Of a stretch of 64,000 nt of DNA, positions 42,838-50,784 are shown piece by piece. The DNA comes from an uncultured Verrucomicrobiae bacterium (GTDB lineage: Bacteria > Verrucomicrobiota > Verrucomicrobiia > Limisphaerales > Palsa-1400): assembly GCA_963702845.1 (NCBI GenBank), contig OY969763.1, positions 2,304,001-2,368,000 on the forward strand, read 5' to 3'. Under the pieces are notes generated by a model, which was not told the DNA's origin, ran no database searches, and worked only from the letters and a program-made list of their open reading frames with translations. Both the position numbers and the translations under genes were made by a program. Position 1 is the stretch's first letter. Every line of letters starts with the position of its first letter.

Positions 42838-43131
42838 AACGCGCCCAGTGAATGTTTCCCTGGCCTCAGGGGCGACATTCCTGCCCTCAGTAGAATCGTC
42901 CCTGAGTTCAGGAACGAATTCCCTGGGTTCAGGGATGTCATTCCTGGCCTCAGTGGCCACGTTCCTGGTCTCAGTGGCGGGATTCCTGAGGCCAGTGGCC
43001 GTTTCCCTGGTCCCAGGGACGCCATTCCTGAGGCCAGTGACGGGATTCCTGGGCCCAGGAATCTAATTCCCGCCCGCAGGATTTGCATTCCCGCCCGCCC
43101 GTTTTCCGTTCCAAAACCCAGTGAGTCAACC
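42838..43131. repeat. 21-bp-period tandem array, consensus CCTG-N4-CAG(G/T)-N6-DTY
   Basis: Ten consecutive full-consensus units at 42859-43068 plus degenerate flanking units, with exact 21-bp phase. Confidence 0.92.
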
Positions 43132-43158
43132 ACATAAACACCTAAAAATAAGATACAT

Positions 43159-43779
43159 ATGCCTAGAAAAGACTTCATCCCAGAATCTAACGATGCCTTC
43201 CTGACGGAGCACGACGCTTACAAGGCCGGCATGGCTGCCGTCGGCTTGACCGTCGGTTTTACCGCCGCGGAAATTACCGCCGTCGCCACCGATAACACTC
43301 TGATGCACACTTCGGTGAGCGATACGGCCACGGCCAAAGCGACCTATCAGGGCAAGGTCAATACCCAGGGCTTGAACCGGGTCCTCATCGAGGGTCGTTG
43401 GCGCGGCAACGCCAAACGCGCCAAAGCCCATCCCGCTTACACGCCGGCCATCGGCGCGCAACTGCGCCTCATCGGCCCGGAAGACACCACCGACCTGGCC
43501 ACGTCCGCGCCGGACCTCAAAGGCCGCGACGCCGGTCTGGGCCACGTGGAAATCCAATTCAGAAAATCCAACGCCACCGGCGTCAACATCTACAGCAGAC
43601 GCGGCAGCGAACCGACCTTCACCTTTTTGGCGCGCGACACCGAATCGCCCTACATCGACACCCGGCCCTTGCTCGACCCGACCAAGCCGGAAGTGCGCGT
43701 CTACAAAATGAAATACGTCCAAGGCGACGTGGAAATCGGCAACTACAGCGATGATCTGGAAGTGACCGTCGCACCGTAA
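43159..43779 (+). CDS. Hypothetical protein with N-terminal helical region and C-terminal Fn3-like beta-sandwich
   Basis: MPRKDFIPESNDAF..., HPAYTPAIGAQLRLIG linker, GVNIYSRR...FLARDTESPYIDTRP...YKMKY...GNYSD. No signal peptide; strong codon bias. Confidence 0.8.
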   Translation: MPRKDFIPESNDAFLTEHDAYKAGMAAVGLTVGFTAAEITAVATDNTLMHTSVSDTATAKATYQGKVNTQGLNRVLIEGRWRGNAKRAKAHPAYTPAIGAQLRLIGPEDTTDLATSAPDLKGRDAGLGHVEIQFRKSNATGVNIYSRRGSEPTFTFLARDTESPYIDTRPLLDPTKPEVRVYKMKYVQGDVEIGNYSDDLEVTVAP

Positions 43780-43789
43780 TAACATTTCG

Positions 43790-43827
43790 ACGAACGGCGG
43801 GTTGGTGATATACAACCCGCTGTTCGT
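43790..43827. terminator. 15-bp stem-loop just after the Fn3-like gene (terminator or recombination-site-like)
   Basis: ACGAACGGCGGGTTG-gtgatata-CAACCCGCTGTTCGT with one G-U pair and no U-tract. Confidence 0.5.
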
Positions 43828-43843
43828 AACAAATCATGAAGGT

Positions 43844-44101
43844 ATGAGCATTTCGTTTTTGAGGCGCATTCTGATTACCCTGCTCTCAGTCGGTTGGCTT
43901 GGGCCGACATGGCTTGGTGTTTACATGTATCTCGATTTTTGGCGGGGCGACGGCTGGAAATTACTTCAGGGAATGCAAAATATTGGCAGCTTTCCAGTCA
44001 TCAAGTTTAGCCAAGAATGCTTCAACGTTGGAATGATTTGGTTAGCCATAGCGATTATCTTTTGGAGCTGGAAGTTTTCCCGCACCGAACATCGCACTTG
44101 A
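43844..44101 (+). CDS. Small two-TM membrane protein
   Basis: 85 aa, AT-richer than neighbours, two hydrophobic helices. Confidence 0.6.
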   Translation: MSISFLRRILITLLSVGWLGPTWLGVYMYLDFWRGDGWKLLQGMQNIGSFPVIKFSQECFNVGMIWLAIAIIFWSWKFSRTEHRT

Positions 44102-44264
44102 AGTTTAACCCATCCGGTTTCAAGACGCGCCATGTTCCTTCCGCCCACGTAGAAACGTGCGAGTTGCGTTTCTGACGTTGGCGCTTAGGGTTGAAAAAGG
44201 AGGGAGGAATTGAGGTGTTGATCAACCCCAGCAAAAACCGCGTGGCCCATCTCATTGGTTTTTC

Positions 44265-44870
44265 ATGAATGCGAACAATGCATCACAAGATTTCCGGCAA
44301 ACCGCAAAGCGGATGGTGCTGTTGCTATTGGCTGCGTGCTGTGTCGGATTCGCCTACAATGCTGCCAGTCCGTTGGGAGTGCGACGCCCCTCGAAGACGC
44401 CTTCTGAAACCGCGCCTGCGGCTCGGTCGCCAAGCGCGGCAAACTTTGGCCCAACCCAACAGCTTGGCCTCTGGCCAATATCTGACGGCCCGTTTACAGA
44501 AGGAGAAACCGACGGCTTAACGCTTGTCGCCGCCGCCACGTCAAAGATGAGTTGGTCCCAGACCAAAGAGTTGCTGGCCCAGAACCAAATCGTCCTGGTA
44601 GACGCGCGCACCGCCGATTATTTCCAGACCGAACATATCCCCGGAGCGGTTTCCTTGCCGGCTACCAGCAGCCAGTCCCAACTTGCCGCCTTCGCCGCCA
44701 ATTATCCCAAAGACACCACGTTGGTGATTTATTGCGCCTCGGCGCAATGTCCGATGGCCGCCGATTTGGCGCGTATCCTGCACAGGAAGTTTGGCTACGC
44801 CAACGTTCACGTGTTGCAAGGCGGGATGGCGGAGTATTTGCGGGCTGAGAGAACCGGGGCAGCAAGATGA
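44265..44870 (+). CDS. Rhodanese-like domain protein
   Basis: N-terminal TM, VLVDART, HIPGAVSLP, VIYCASAQC, LQGGM. Confidence 0.9.
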   Translation: MNANNASQDFRQTAKRMVLLLLAACCVGFAYNAASPLGVRRPSKTPSETAPAARSPSAANFGPTQQLGLWPISDGPFTEGETDGLTLVAAATSKMSWSQTKELLAQNQIVLVDARTADYFQTEHIPGAVSLPATSSQSQLAAFAANYPKDTTLVIYCASAQCPMAADLARILHRKFGYANVHVLQGGMAEYLRAERTGAAR

Positions 44871-44876
44871 AACCAG

Positions 44877-45359
44877 ATGAAAGCTCTCGTTGAGCAGAAT
44901 GTTCGCGTCGCGTTACGGTGGATACTTGGGATCATCTTTATTTGGGCCGCCATTTCCAAGCTAGCCATCCTTCAGGATTTTTTCAGCAGTCTGGCCGCCT
45001 ACAAATTGCCAGTGCCCACCCTGTTGCTACAATCCGTCGCTATCGTCCTCCCATGGCTTGAGCTTTTTTGCGGCTTGATGTTGATAGCGGGATTATGGCT
45101 GCGCCCGGCGGCTTCGTGGGTGTTGGTGCTTTGTATTGTATTTGTGCTGTGCACCGGTCAGGCGTGGGCCCGAGGCTTGGAGATTTCTTGCGGATGTCTG
45201 AACCTCGAATTTCTCGGCCTGAACAATGACGATCATCCGTCCCTGGTCGCTCTGGTGGAATCCGTTCGTTTCGCTTTCGTTCGCGCCCTTATTCTTGCAG
45301 GCGCGTCATTCTGGTTGCTGCGCTCGGTTCGCCCTGTTGTCACAAATCACACAGATTAA
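44877..45359 (+). CDS. MauE/DoxX family membrane protein
   Basis: LPWLELFCGL, ARGLEISCGC. Confidence 0.9.
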   Translation: MKALVEQNVRVALRWILGIIFIWAAISKLAILQDFFSSLAAYKLPVPTLLLQSVAIVLPWLELFCGLMLIAGLWLRPAASWVLVLCIVFVLCTGQAWARGLEISCGCLNLEFLGLNNDDHPSLVALVESVRFAFVRALILAGASFWLLRSVRPVVTNHTD

Positions 45360-45404
45360 AGCTTCGGCATGAATATTGCATTTTGAGGGCGACGTCGCAG
45401 TTTT

Positions 45405-46514
45405 GTGAGTGACAAATATTTTATAACAAAGGCCCGTGTTTTGGTCGGCATCGTAACGTTTTCACTTGCGATGCAAGGCGTTGCAAAAAACATGTCATCG
45501 GCCTTCATCGCCCGCAGCGGTGGCGTTGCAACCCCTTTCACCCTGCGATCCCGGCTACCGACTTTCGCAATCAGTGAAGAGAACCGGGTGAAAAACACGC
45601 TGGAAGAACGAATGGCCGGACTAGTTGCCGCGAAGGATTTTGACGGCCTTGATGAGCTCGCCACGCTCTTGCGCCGGTCACAGCTCGAAACCGCTAGCGG
45701 GGTTTGGTATTTATCCACCTTCTATCACATTTTGACCTACGAACCGACTGCCACGCCCAATTTGCCGGAACACGACTGGATGAAGCGGCAGGCGTTCTTG
45801 AAGAAATGGGTTGAGACCAATCCTGTTTCGATCACAGCCCGCGTCGCGCTGGCGAGGTATTGGAAGAACTACGCCTGGAAAGTCCGCGGCAATGGATTGG
45901 CAAACACAGTAACGCCGGAAGCATTGGATTTGTTCGATGCGCGGCTGCAGAAAGCAGGTCAGGTCCTGGCAGACGCGCGAAAGCTCAGGACGAAATGTCC
46001 GGTGTGGTGGGACACGATGCAATGTGTCGCGCTTGGCCGAAGCTTTAAGCTGAGCGATTATAACCGCATTTTTGAAGAAGCGGTGAAATTCCAGCCGGCA
46101 TACACACAATTTTATATCAACAAGGCAACGTATTTGACGCCACGCTGCTACGGCAAGGAAGGCGATTGGCAGAAGTTTGCGACTGACGCAGCAGATAAAA
46201 TCGGCGGCGATGCGGGTGACACTCTATATGCACGCATCGGCTGGCGCCTGCATCAACGCGGTTTCTACGAAGCGTTTTTGCGGGATTCTGGCTATTCGTG
46301 GAAGCGCATGAAAAGCGGCCTTCAGCTGATCGTTACGAAGCACTCGGAGTCGCTCACGCCGGCCAGTGAGTTGGCATATCTGGCCTACCAGGCTGGAGAC
46401 CAAAAATGCGCTAAGCCACTCTTCGCGCGTATCGGGAAGGTTGTGGATCGCGGAACCTGGCACGATGACATGTCGCGATTCATTCGCGCGCGGACCTGGG
46501 CGATGTTGGATTGA
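45405..46514 (+). CDS. DUF4034-like domain protein
   Basis: YAWKVRGNGLANTV, YLTPRCYG(K)EG motifs; start uncertain. Confidence 0.7.
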   Translation: MSDKYFITKARVLVGIVTFSLAMQGVAKNMSSAFIARSGGVATPFTLRSRLPTFAISEENRVKNTLEERMAGLVAAKDFDGLDELATLLRRSQLETASGVWYLSTFYHILTYEPTATPNLPEHDWMKRQAFLKKWVETNPVSITARVALARYWKNYAWKVRGNGLANTVTPEALDLFDARLQKAGQVLADARKLRTKCPVWWDTMQCVALGRSFKLSDYNRIFEEAVKFQPAYTQFYINKATYLTPRCYGKEGDWQKFATDAADKIGGDAGDTLYARIGWRLHQRGFYEAFLRDSGYSWKRMKSGLQLIVTKHSESLTPASELAYLAYQAGDQKCAKPLFARIGKVVDRGTWHDDMSRFIRARTWAMLD

Positions 46515-46537
46515 ACCGTTGATCGTGAAGTGAAAAC

Positions 46538-47461
46538 CTAGACCGCCAGCGCGTCCTTGCAATATTTCAGGGCGCGGGCGATTTCGGTCATTCGATCGGA
46601 GCCAACCGGAACTTTGTATTCGAACTCGATCGTCCCCTGGATTGGCCACTTGTTATCGCGGATTAGCCGGAGAACATCTGCGATTGGTGTGTCGCCTTCG
46701 CCGAACGGCGTGTTCGGGCCGTTGTGTTTTTTGCGATCCTTCAAGTGCACGTGAGTGACGCGGTCGTGATATTTTTCGATGAACGGCGCGGGTGAAGTGT
46801 TGTTTCCGGCGACGAAATGGCCGAGGTCCACATTCGCGCCGTTGAACTTCGCCAGTGAAAACGCCAATTCCCAATGCTCCGGCGTCGTCTCGGCGTGGCC
46901 GTGATAGCCGACCATGAGCTGGTGTTTATCCGCGAATTTGCCGACACGTTTCAACTCCTCCTCCTTGCGCGAAATCTCGGTCGATATGGCGCGGCCGCCG
47001 AGGGCTTTGGCGAGAGCAAAAACGTAATCCAATTCGGCGTCAGTTATTTTGAAGATGCCATCAACCTTTACGATTTCGATCAACACACCCGCGTTTTCAA
47101 ACATCTTCCGAAACTTCGCGGCCTTGCTGACGGGCGCTGACTTTCGCCAGTTTGCTAGCGCTTCGCTTTGCGCAGAAGTGCGCGCCTTTGCAAAGATGAT
47201 TTCTTTGGGCGCGCCCAAAAACATTTCCACCGGCTGCGTCCGCAACTCAACGCCGCTGAAGCCTAGTTGCACGCAATTCTTCAGAACGTCTTCGCCGCTC
47301 ATCGACGGATTGTTGAAACTGTAAGGCACGTTGAGTCCAAGCTGCACTCCGCGGACCTTCGAGTTCGGCTTTGGCGGCGCGGCGATGCAAGGCACGGCGG
47401 AAGCGCCTGCAATGGCCGCCAAGGTTAATTTCGAAAATTCGCGCCGCGTCAAAGATTTCAT
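46538..47461 (-). CDS. Tat-exported sugar phosphate isomerase/epimerase (xylose-isomerase-like TIM barrel)
   Basis: TRREF twin-arginine signal, YHGH, DLGHF, HVHLKD, IEFEY. Confidence 0.88.
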   Translation of the reverse strand: MKSLTRREFSKLTLAAIAGASAVPCIAAPPKPNSKVRGVQLGLNVPYSFNNPSMSGEDVLKNCVQLGFSGVELRTQPVEMFLGAPKEIIFAKARTSAQSEALANWRKSAPVSKAAKFRKMFENAGVLIEIVKVDGIFKITDAELDYVFALAKALGGRAISTEISRKEEELKRVGKFADKHQLMVGYHGHAETTPEHWELAFSLAKFNGANVDLGHFVAGNNTSPAPFIEKYHDRVTHVHLKDRKKHNGPNTPFGEGDTPIADVLRLIRDNKWPIQGTIEFEYKVPVGSDRMTEIARALKYCKDALAV

Positions 47462-47671
47462 ATTGGAGCAGAGACCTTATCACCAGCGGCCTGCGCGCCA
47501 AGCCGAATCAATCCCTTGTCAACATATTCGACATGGCTGCGGTTGAACCATCAGGCGATGGCTTACCCCACGATAAAGATTGGCAGGGATTACTTTTTTC
47601 CCTGCGGCGGTATTCTCGACCAAGGTTGGAACGCGAAGCTATCCACAAAAAATGGAAACCACTTTGTGATT

Positions 47672-48772
47672 GTGAAAATCACGCTTGCCGCACTTTATCG
47701 AATCGCTATCGGTCCCTGGATCGCAGCAGCCGGCATGTTCCTCCTCACCGGTTGCACGCATCTCGGTCCCCGAACCGTCGCAGTGGATCGGTTCGATTAC
47801 AACACGGCTATCGGCGACTCCTGGAAAGAGCAGACGCTGATTAATATCGTAAAGCTGCGCTATATGGATTTGCCGGTGTTCATGGACGTGTCGTCCGTGG
47901 TCAGCGGTTATTCCATGCAAACAGGTGTCAATATCAATGGCACGCTATCTTCTCAGAACGCGGTCCAGGGCAACTTCGGCGCAATTGGTGGACAAGCTAT
48001 CTACACAGACCGCCCCACCATCACCTACGTGCCGATGACCGGGGAAAAGTTCCTGCGCGGGCTCATCACACCAATTGATCCAAAGAGTATTTTCTTCCTG
48101 CTCCAGTCCGGTTATGCGGCGGATTTTATCTTGAGCCTGGCCGTCGAATCACTCAACGGTGTGCGCAACCGCTCGACTGCCGGCGGCACCGTCCGGGACG
48201 CCGATCCGGAGTTTATCCGTGCGCTGGCCTTGCTGCGTGAAGTGCAGGCGGCCGGTGCGTTCGGGATGCGCGTGGAGGAGAACAAGGTCACAGGCGGAAC
48301 TGGCGTGGTGTTTTTCCGGCGCGGCGACGTGCCACCAGAGATCGAGGCAAAGGGGGCAGAAATTCGCCGATTGCTCAAGCTGGCTGCCAATCCGCAGAAG
48401 TTCACGCTCGTTTATTCGCCGGTGCCCGGAAAGGACAATGAACTGGCCGTAAACAGCCGCTCGATGCTCCAAATCATGCAGGCGTTTGCCAGCCATATAG
48501 ACGTCCCCGAGGCACATCTGAAGGATAAGAGCGCATGGGGCTCATCTCAAAACACCACAGCTGAGGGCGCGCTCCGAACCGTTCGGATTTACAGCGGCAA
48601 GAGCAAGCCGGCTTCGGCCTTCGCCGCCGTCCATTACCGCGACTACTGGTTCTGGGTTGATAACTGCGACCTGCAATCCAAGCGCACGCTCACGGTCATT
48701 ATTTTCTTTTTCACGTTGGTGGACACGGGCACTCCCGAAAAACTGCCGCTGATTACCATTCCTGCACAATGA
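47672..48772 (+). CDS. Conserved hypothetical lipoprotein
   Basis: Lipobox LLTGC, LINIVKLRYMDLPVF, DRPTITYVP, VHYRDYWFWVD; start approximate. Confidence 0.75.
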   Translation: MKITLAALYRIAIGPWIAAAGMFLLTGCTHLGPRTVAVDRFDYNTAIGDSWKEQTLINIVKLRYMDLPVFMDVSSVVSGYSMQTGVNINGTLSSQNAVQGNFGAIGGQAIYTDRPTITYVPMTGEKFLRGLITPIDPKSIFFLLQSGYAADFILSLAVESLNGVRNRSTAGGTVRDADPEFIRALALLREVQAAGAFGMRVEENKVTGGTGVVFFRRGDVPPEIEAKGAEIRRLLKLAANPQKFTLVYSPVPGKDNELAVNSRSMLQIMQAFASHIDVPEAHLKDKSAWGSSQNTTAEGALRTVRIYSGKSKPASAFAAVHYRDYWFWVDNCDLQSKRTLTVIIFFFTLVDTGTPEKLPLITIPAQ

Positions 48773-49386
48773 TGCCGCTACGACCACGGACGCCTCAGCA
48801 GGCGCTTCATTGCCTGATAGAAGGAAATGAGCGATTCATCCGTGGAGAGGCAAAACACGGCAGCATCTCGCAGCAGGCTTTCGCGCGAATGCGCGGCGGC
48901 CAGAGACCCTTCGCCGTGGTATTGGGCTGCAGCGATTCACGCGTGCCGCCGGAACTGGTGTTCGATCAGGGTTTCGGCGATCTGTTCGTGATCCGAATCG
49001 CCGGCAACGTCATCGCGCCTGGCGTGACCGGCAGCATCCAGTATGCTCATAGACACCTTGGCACGTCACTCATGGTCATTCTCGGGCATGAGGACTGCGG
49101 CGCGGTGAAGGCAGCACTGGCGGCCCGGTTCTGCCGCGCGAAGCATCCGGAGCGGATTCGCCAGCTTGTCACATTGATCAGCCCGGGCGTCAGGAAGATT
49201 GACCCCATGCAATCAGCAGCAAAGCTGCTTCGGGCTGGCGTCGAAGCCAATGTACGCTGGTCGATGCACCAGTTAATTCGCACTCCGGAAATTCAGCGAG
49301 CCAACCGGGAAAAACGGAACATCCTGATCGTCGGCGCGGTTTACGAGCTGGCAACCGGAAGGGTCCGCTGGCTGGAACCCTGTTAG
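48769..49386 (+). CDS. Beta-class carbonic anhydrase
   Basis: GCSDSRVPPE, RIAGN, GHEDCGAV. Confidence 0.93.
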   Translation: MMPLRPRTPQQALHCLIEGNERFIRGEAKHGSISQQAFARMRGGQRPFAVVLGCSDSRVPPELVFDQGFGDLFVIRIAGNVIAPGVTGSIQYAHRHLGTSLMVILGHEDCGAVKAALAARFCRAKHPERIRQLVTLISPGVRKIDPMQSAAKLLRAGVEANVRWSMHQLIRTPEIQRANREKRNILIVGAVYELATGRVRWLEPC

Positions 49387-49637
49387 AGTTGAATCGACCA
49401 GCCTCCCTGCCCCGCCGCAACGCCTTTGTCACCAGTTCGCTCTGTTCGCCAGCCGCGCCGCGTTCCTCACTGGACGCTACAACTATCTCAACCGCGTCGC
49501 GGCAACACCTCTTGCTATCGCGATGCGATACCAACCCGCGGATTCACGGCGGCTGTTTCGGTGTTTAGAGGCACACCTCCTGGGAAGCCATTTCAATTCA
49601 GTGATAAGTGAAAAGTGATGAGTAATCGATGGTGGCA

Positions 49638-50170
49638 GATTACTTCTGATTACCTCCGATTACTTCTGATTACCTTTTTAGATTTTTTCTCGTCAATGGC
49701 CGCAAAACTTTACCGTTTGTTTACCATTTCTTTACCGAATTTGACGGGTAAGGGATTTCGCGCGACGGAGGCAAAGGACGCGAGCCCATAGGCGCACGTG
49801 ACCAAAGATGACTGAACGTGACCGAACGCGACCAACCGTTGTCGCCGCTGCATTTTGTAACAGCCTCGATTTGCAGAAATGAGGCAAAAACGGTGCAGAA
49901 ATAGTGCAATTTTCGTTTTGAAGTTCTCGCGAAGGGCGCAACGGCCGCGAAGTTTGCGATGATCTTTGGCGCGGAGGAACTTGGATTTAGTGTCTGAAGA
50001 ATGCATTCGTTAAAACAAGTTGATGGTTGAGGGTTGATCCGTCTGCGTCTGACTTCGGCGCGACAGGTAGTTGGTCGAACGCGATGCTCTGTCATGTGTG
50101 TATAGGGTGAGCGTTTCGCCGCTCGGGCGTCTAGCGAAGCAACGCGAAACAAAGCGAAACTATGCGACAT
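49638..50170. repeat. Cluster of five distinct 10-11-bp-period short tandem arrays
   Basis: GATTACYTYY x4 (49638), TTTACC-N5 x3 (49709), RYGACY-N4 x4 (49798), (T/G)GCA-led units x4 with period 11 (49872), NNNGCGA-N3 x4 (50131). Confidence 0.8.
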
Positions 50171-50480
50171 TCGGGCAGATTTCTGAAGATGGCTCATACT
50201 GACCGACTGGCACGGGCACCCTCTTCTGCGCGGCACGTTTGCGTAAAAATCCGCAGCCGGCTTTTTCGAATGCGGATGCGGCACCGGCTTCGCCGGCGTC
50301 TTGATAAACTGATGGCTCTTGTTCATGCGCAAATTTTTATCACACGTTTTCAGAAAATTTTCCAAAGCTCGTTTCCCATCATGCACCTGCATGCACTGAC
50401 ACGCCCTACCGCGCCGCAACACGCCATTTTTCTATGCAAAAAAGTTTTGACAGGGTTTAGAAATCGCGAAGGCACTCCGA

Positions 50481-50556
50481 AGCCCCGTAGGCGCGACATG
50501 ATTATAGCCCAGCGGTGAAGGCGCAGGACTGACGAGTTGCGTCGAAACCCTGGGTA
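50481..50556. repeat. REP-like element
   Basis: AGCCCCGTAGGCGCGACATGATTATAGCCCAG...CCCTGGGT, resembling GTAG-type REP sequences. Confidence 0.5.
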
Positions 50557-50784
50557 ACCCGCCTCAATCGCAGATTCACTTTCGCGCAGCGGCGACGAAG
50601 GGGTTAAACACATGTGTTCTCTTGGCAGAACACAAGGCCAGCCATATCCAGACTTAGACGTTCTTGCGATGCGAACGATACCGCAGGCAAAGTGATACCA
50701 GGATTATGACGCCAGATACAGGCTGTTACCACTAGCGCTCAGATGAAACGAAAGCTTTAAAAGCGGGCGAGAGCCGATTCATGC

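Noticed and set aside
42838..43131. CRISPR array
   Set aside because: Units total 21 bp with 4- and 6-nt variable parts, and there are no cas genes.
42541..43178. Overlapping ORFs 42541-43137, 42599-43066 and 42738-43178 as real genes
   Set aside because: Several frames stay open because of the repeat, and conservation looks nucleotide-level. Not called, though not strictly excluded.
49721..50422. 233-aa minus-strand ORF
   Set aside because: Composition is a patchwork of translated repeats, with no motif or codon bias.
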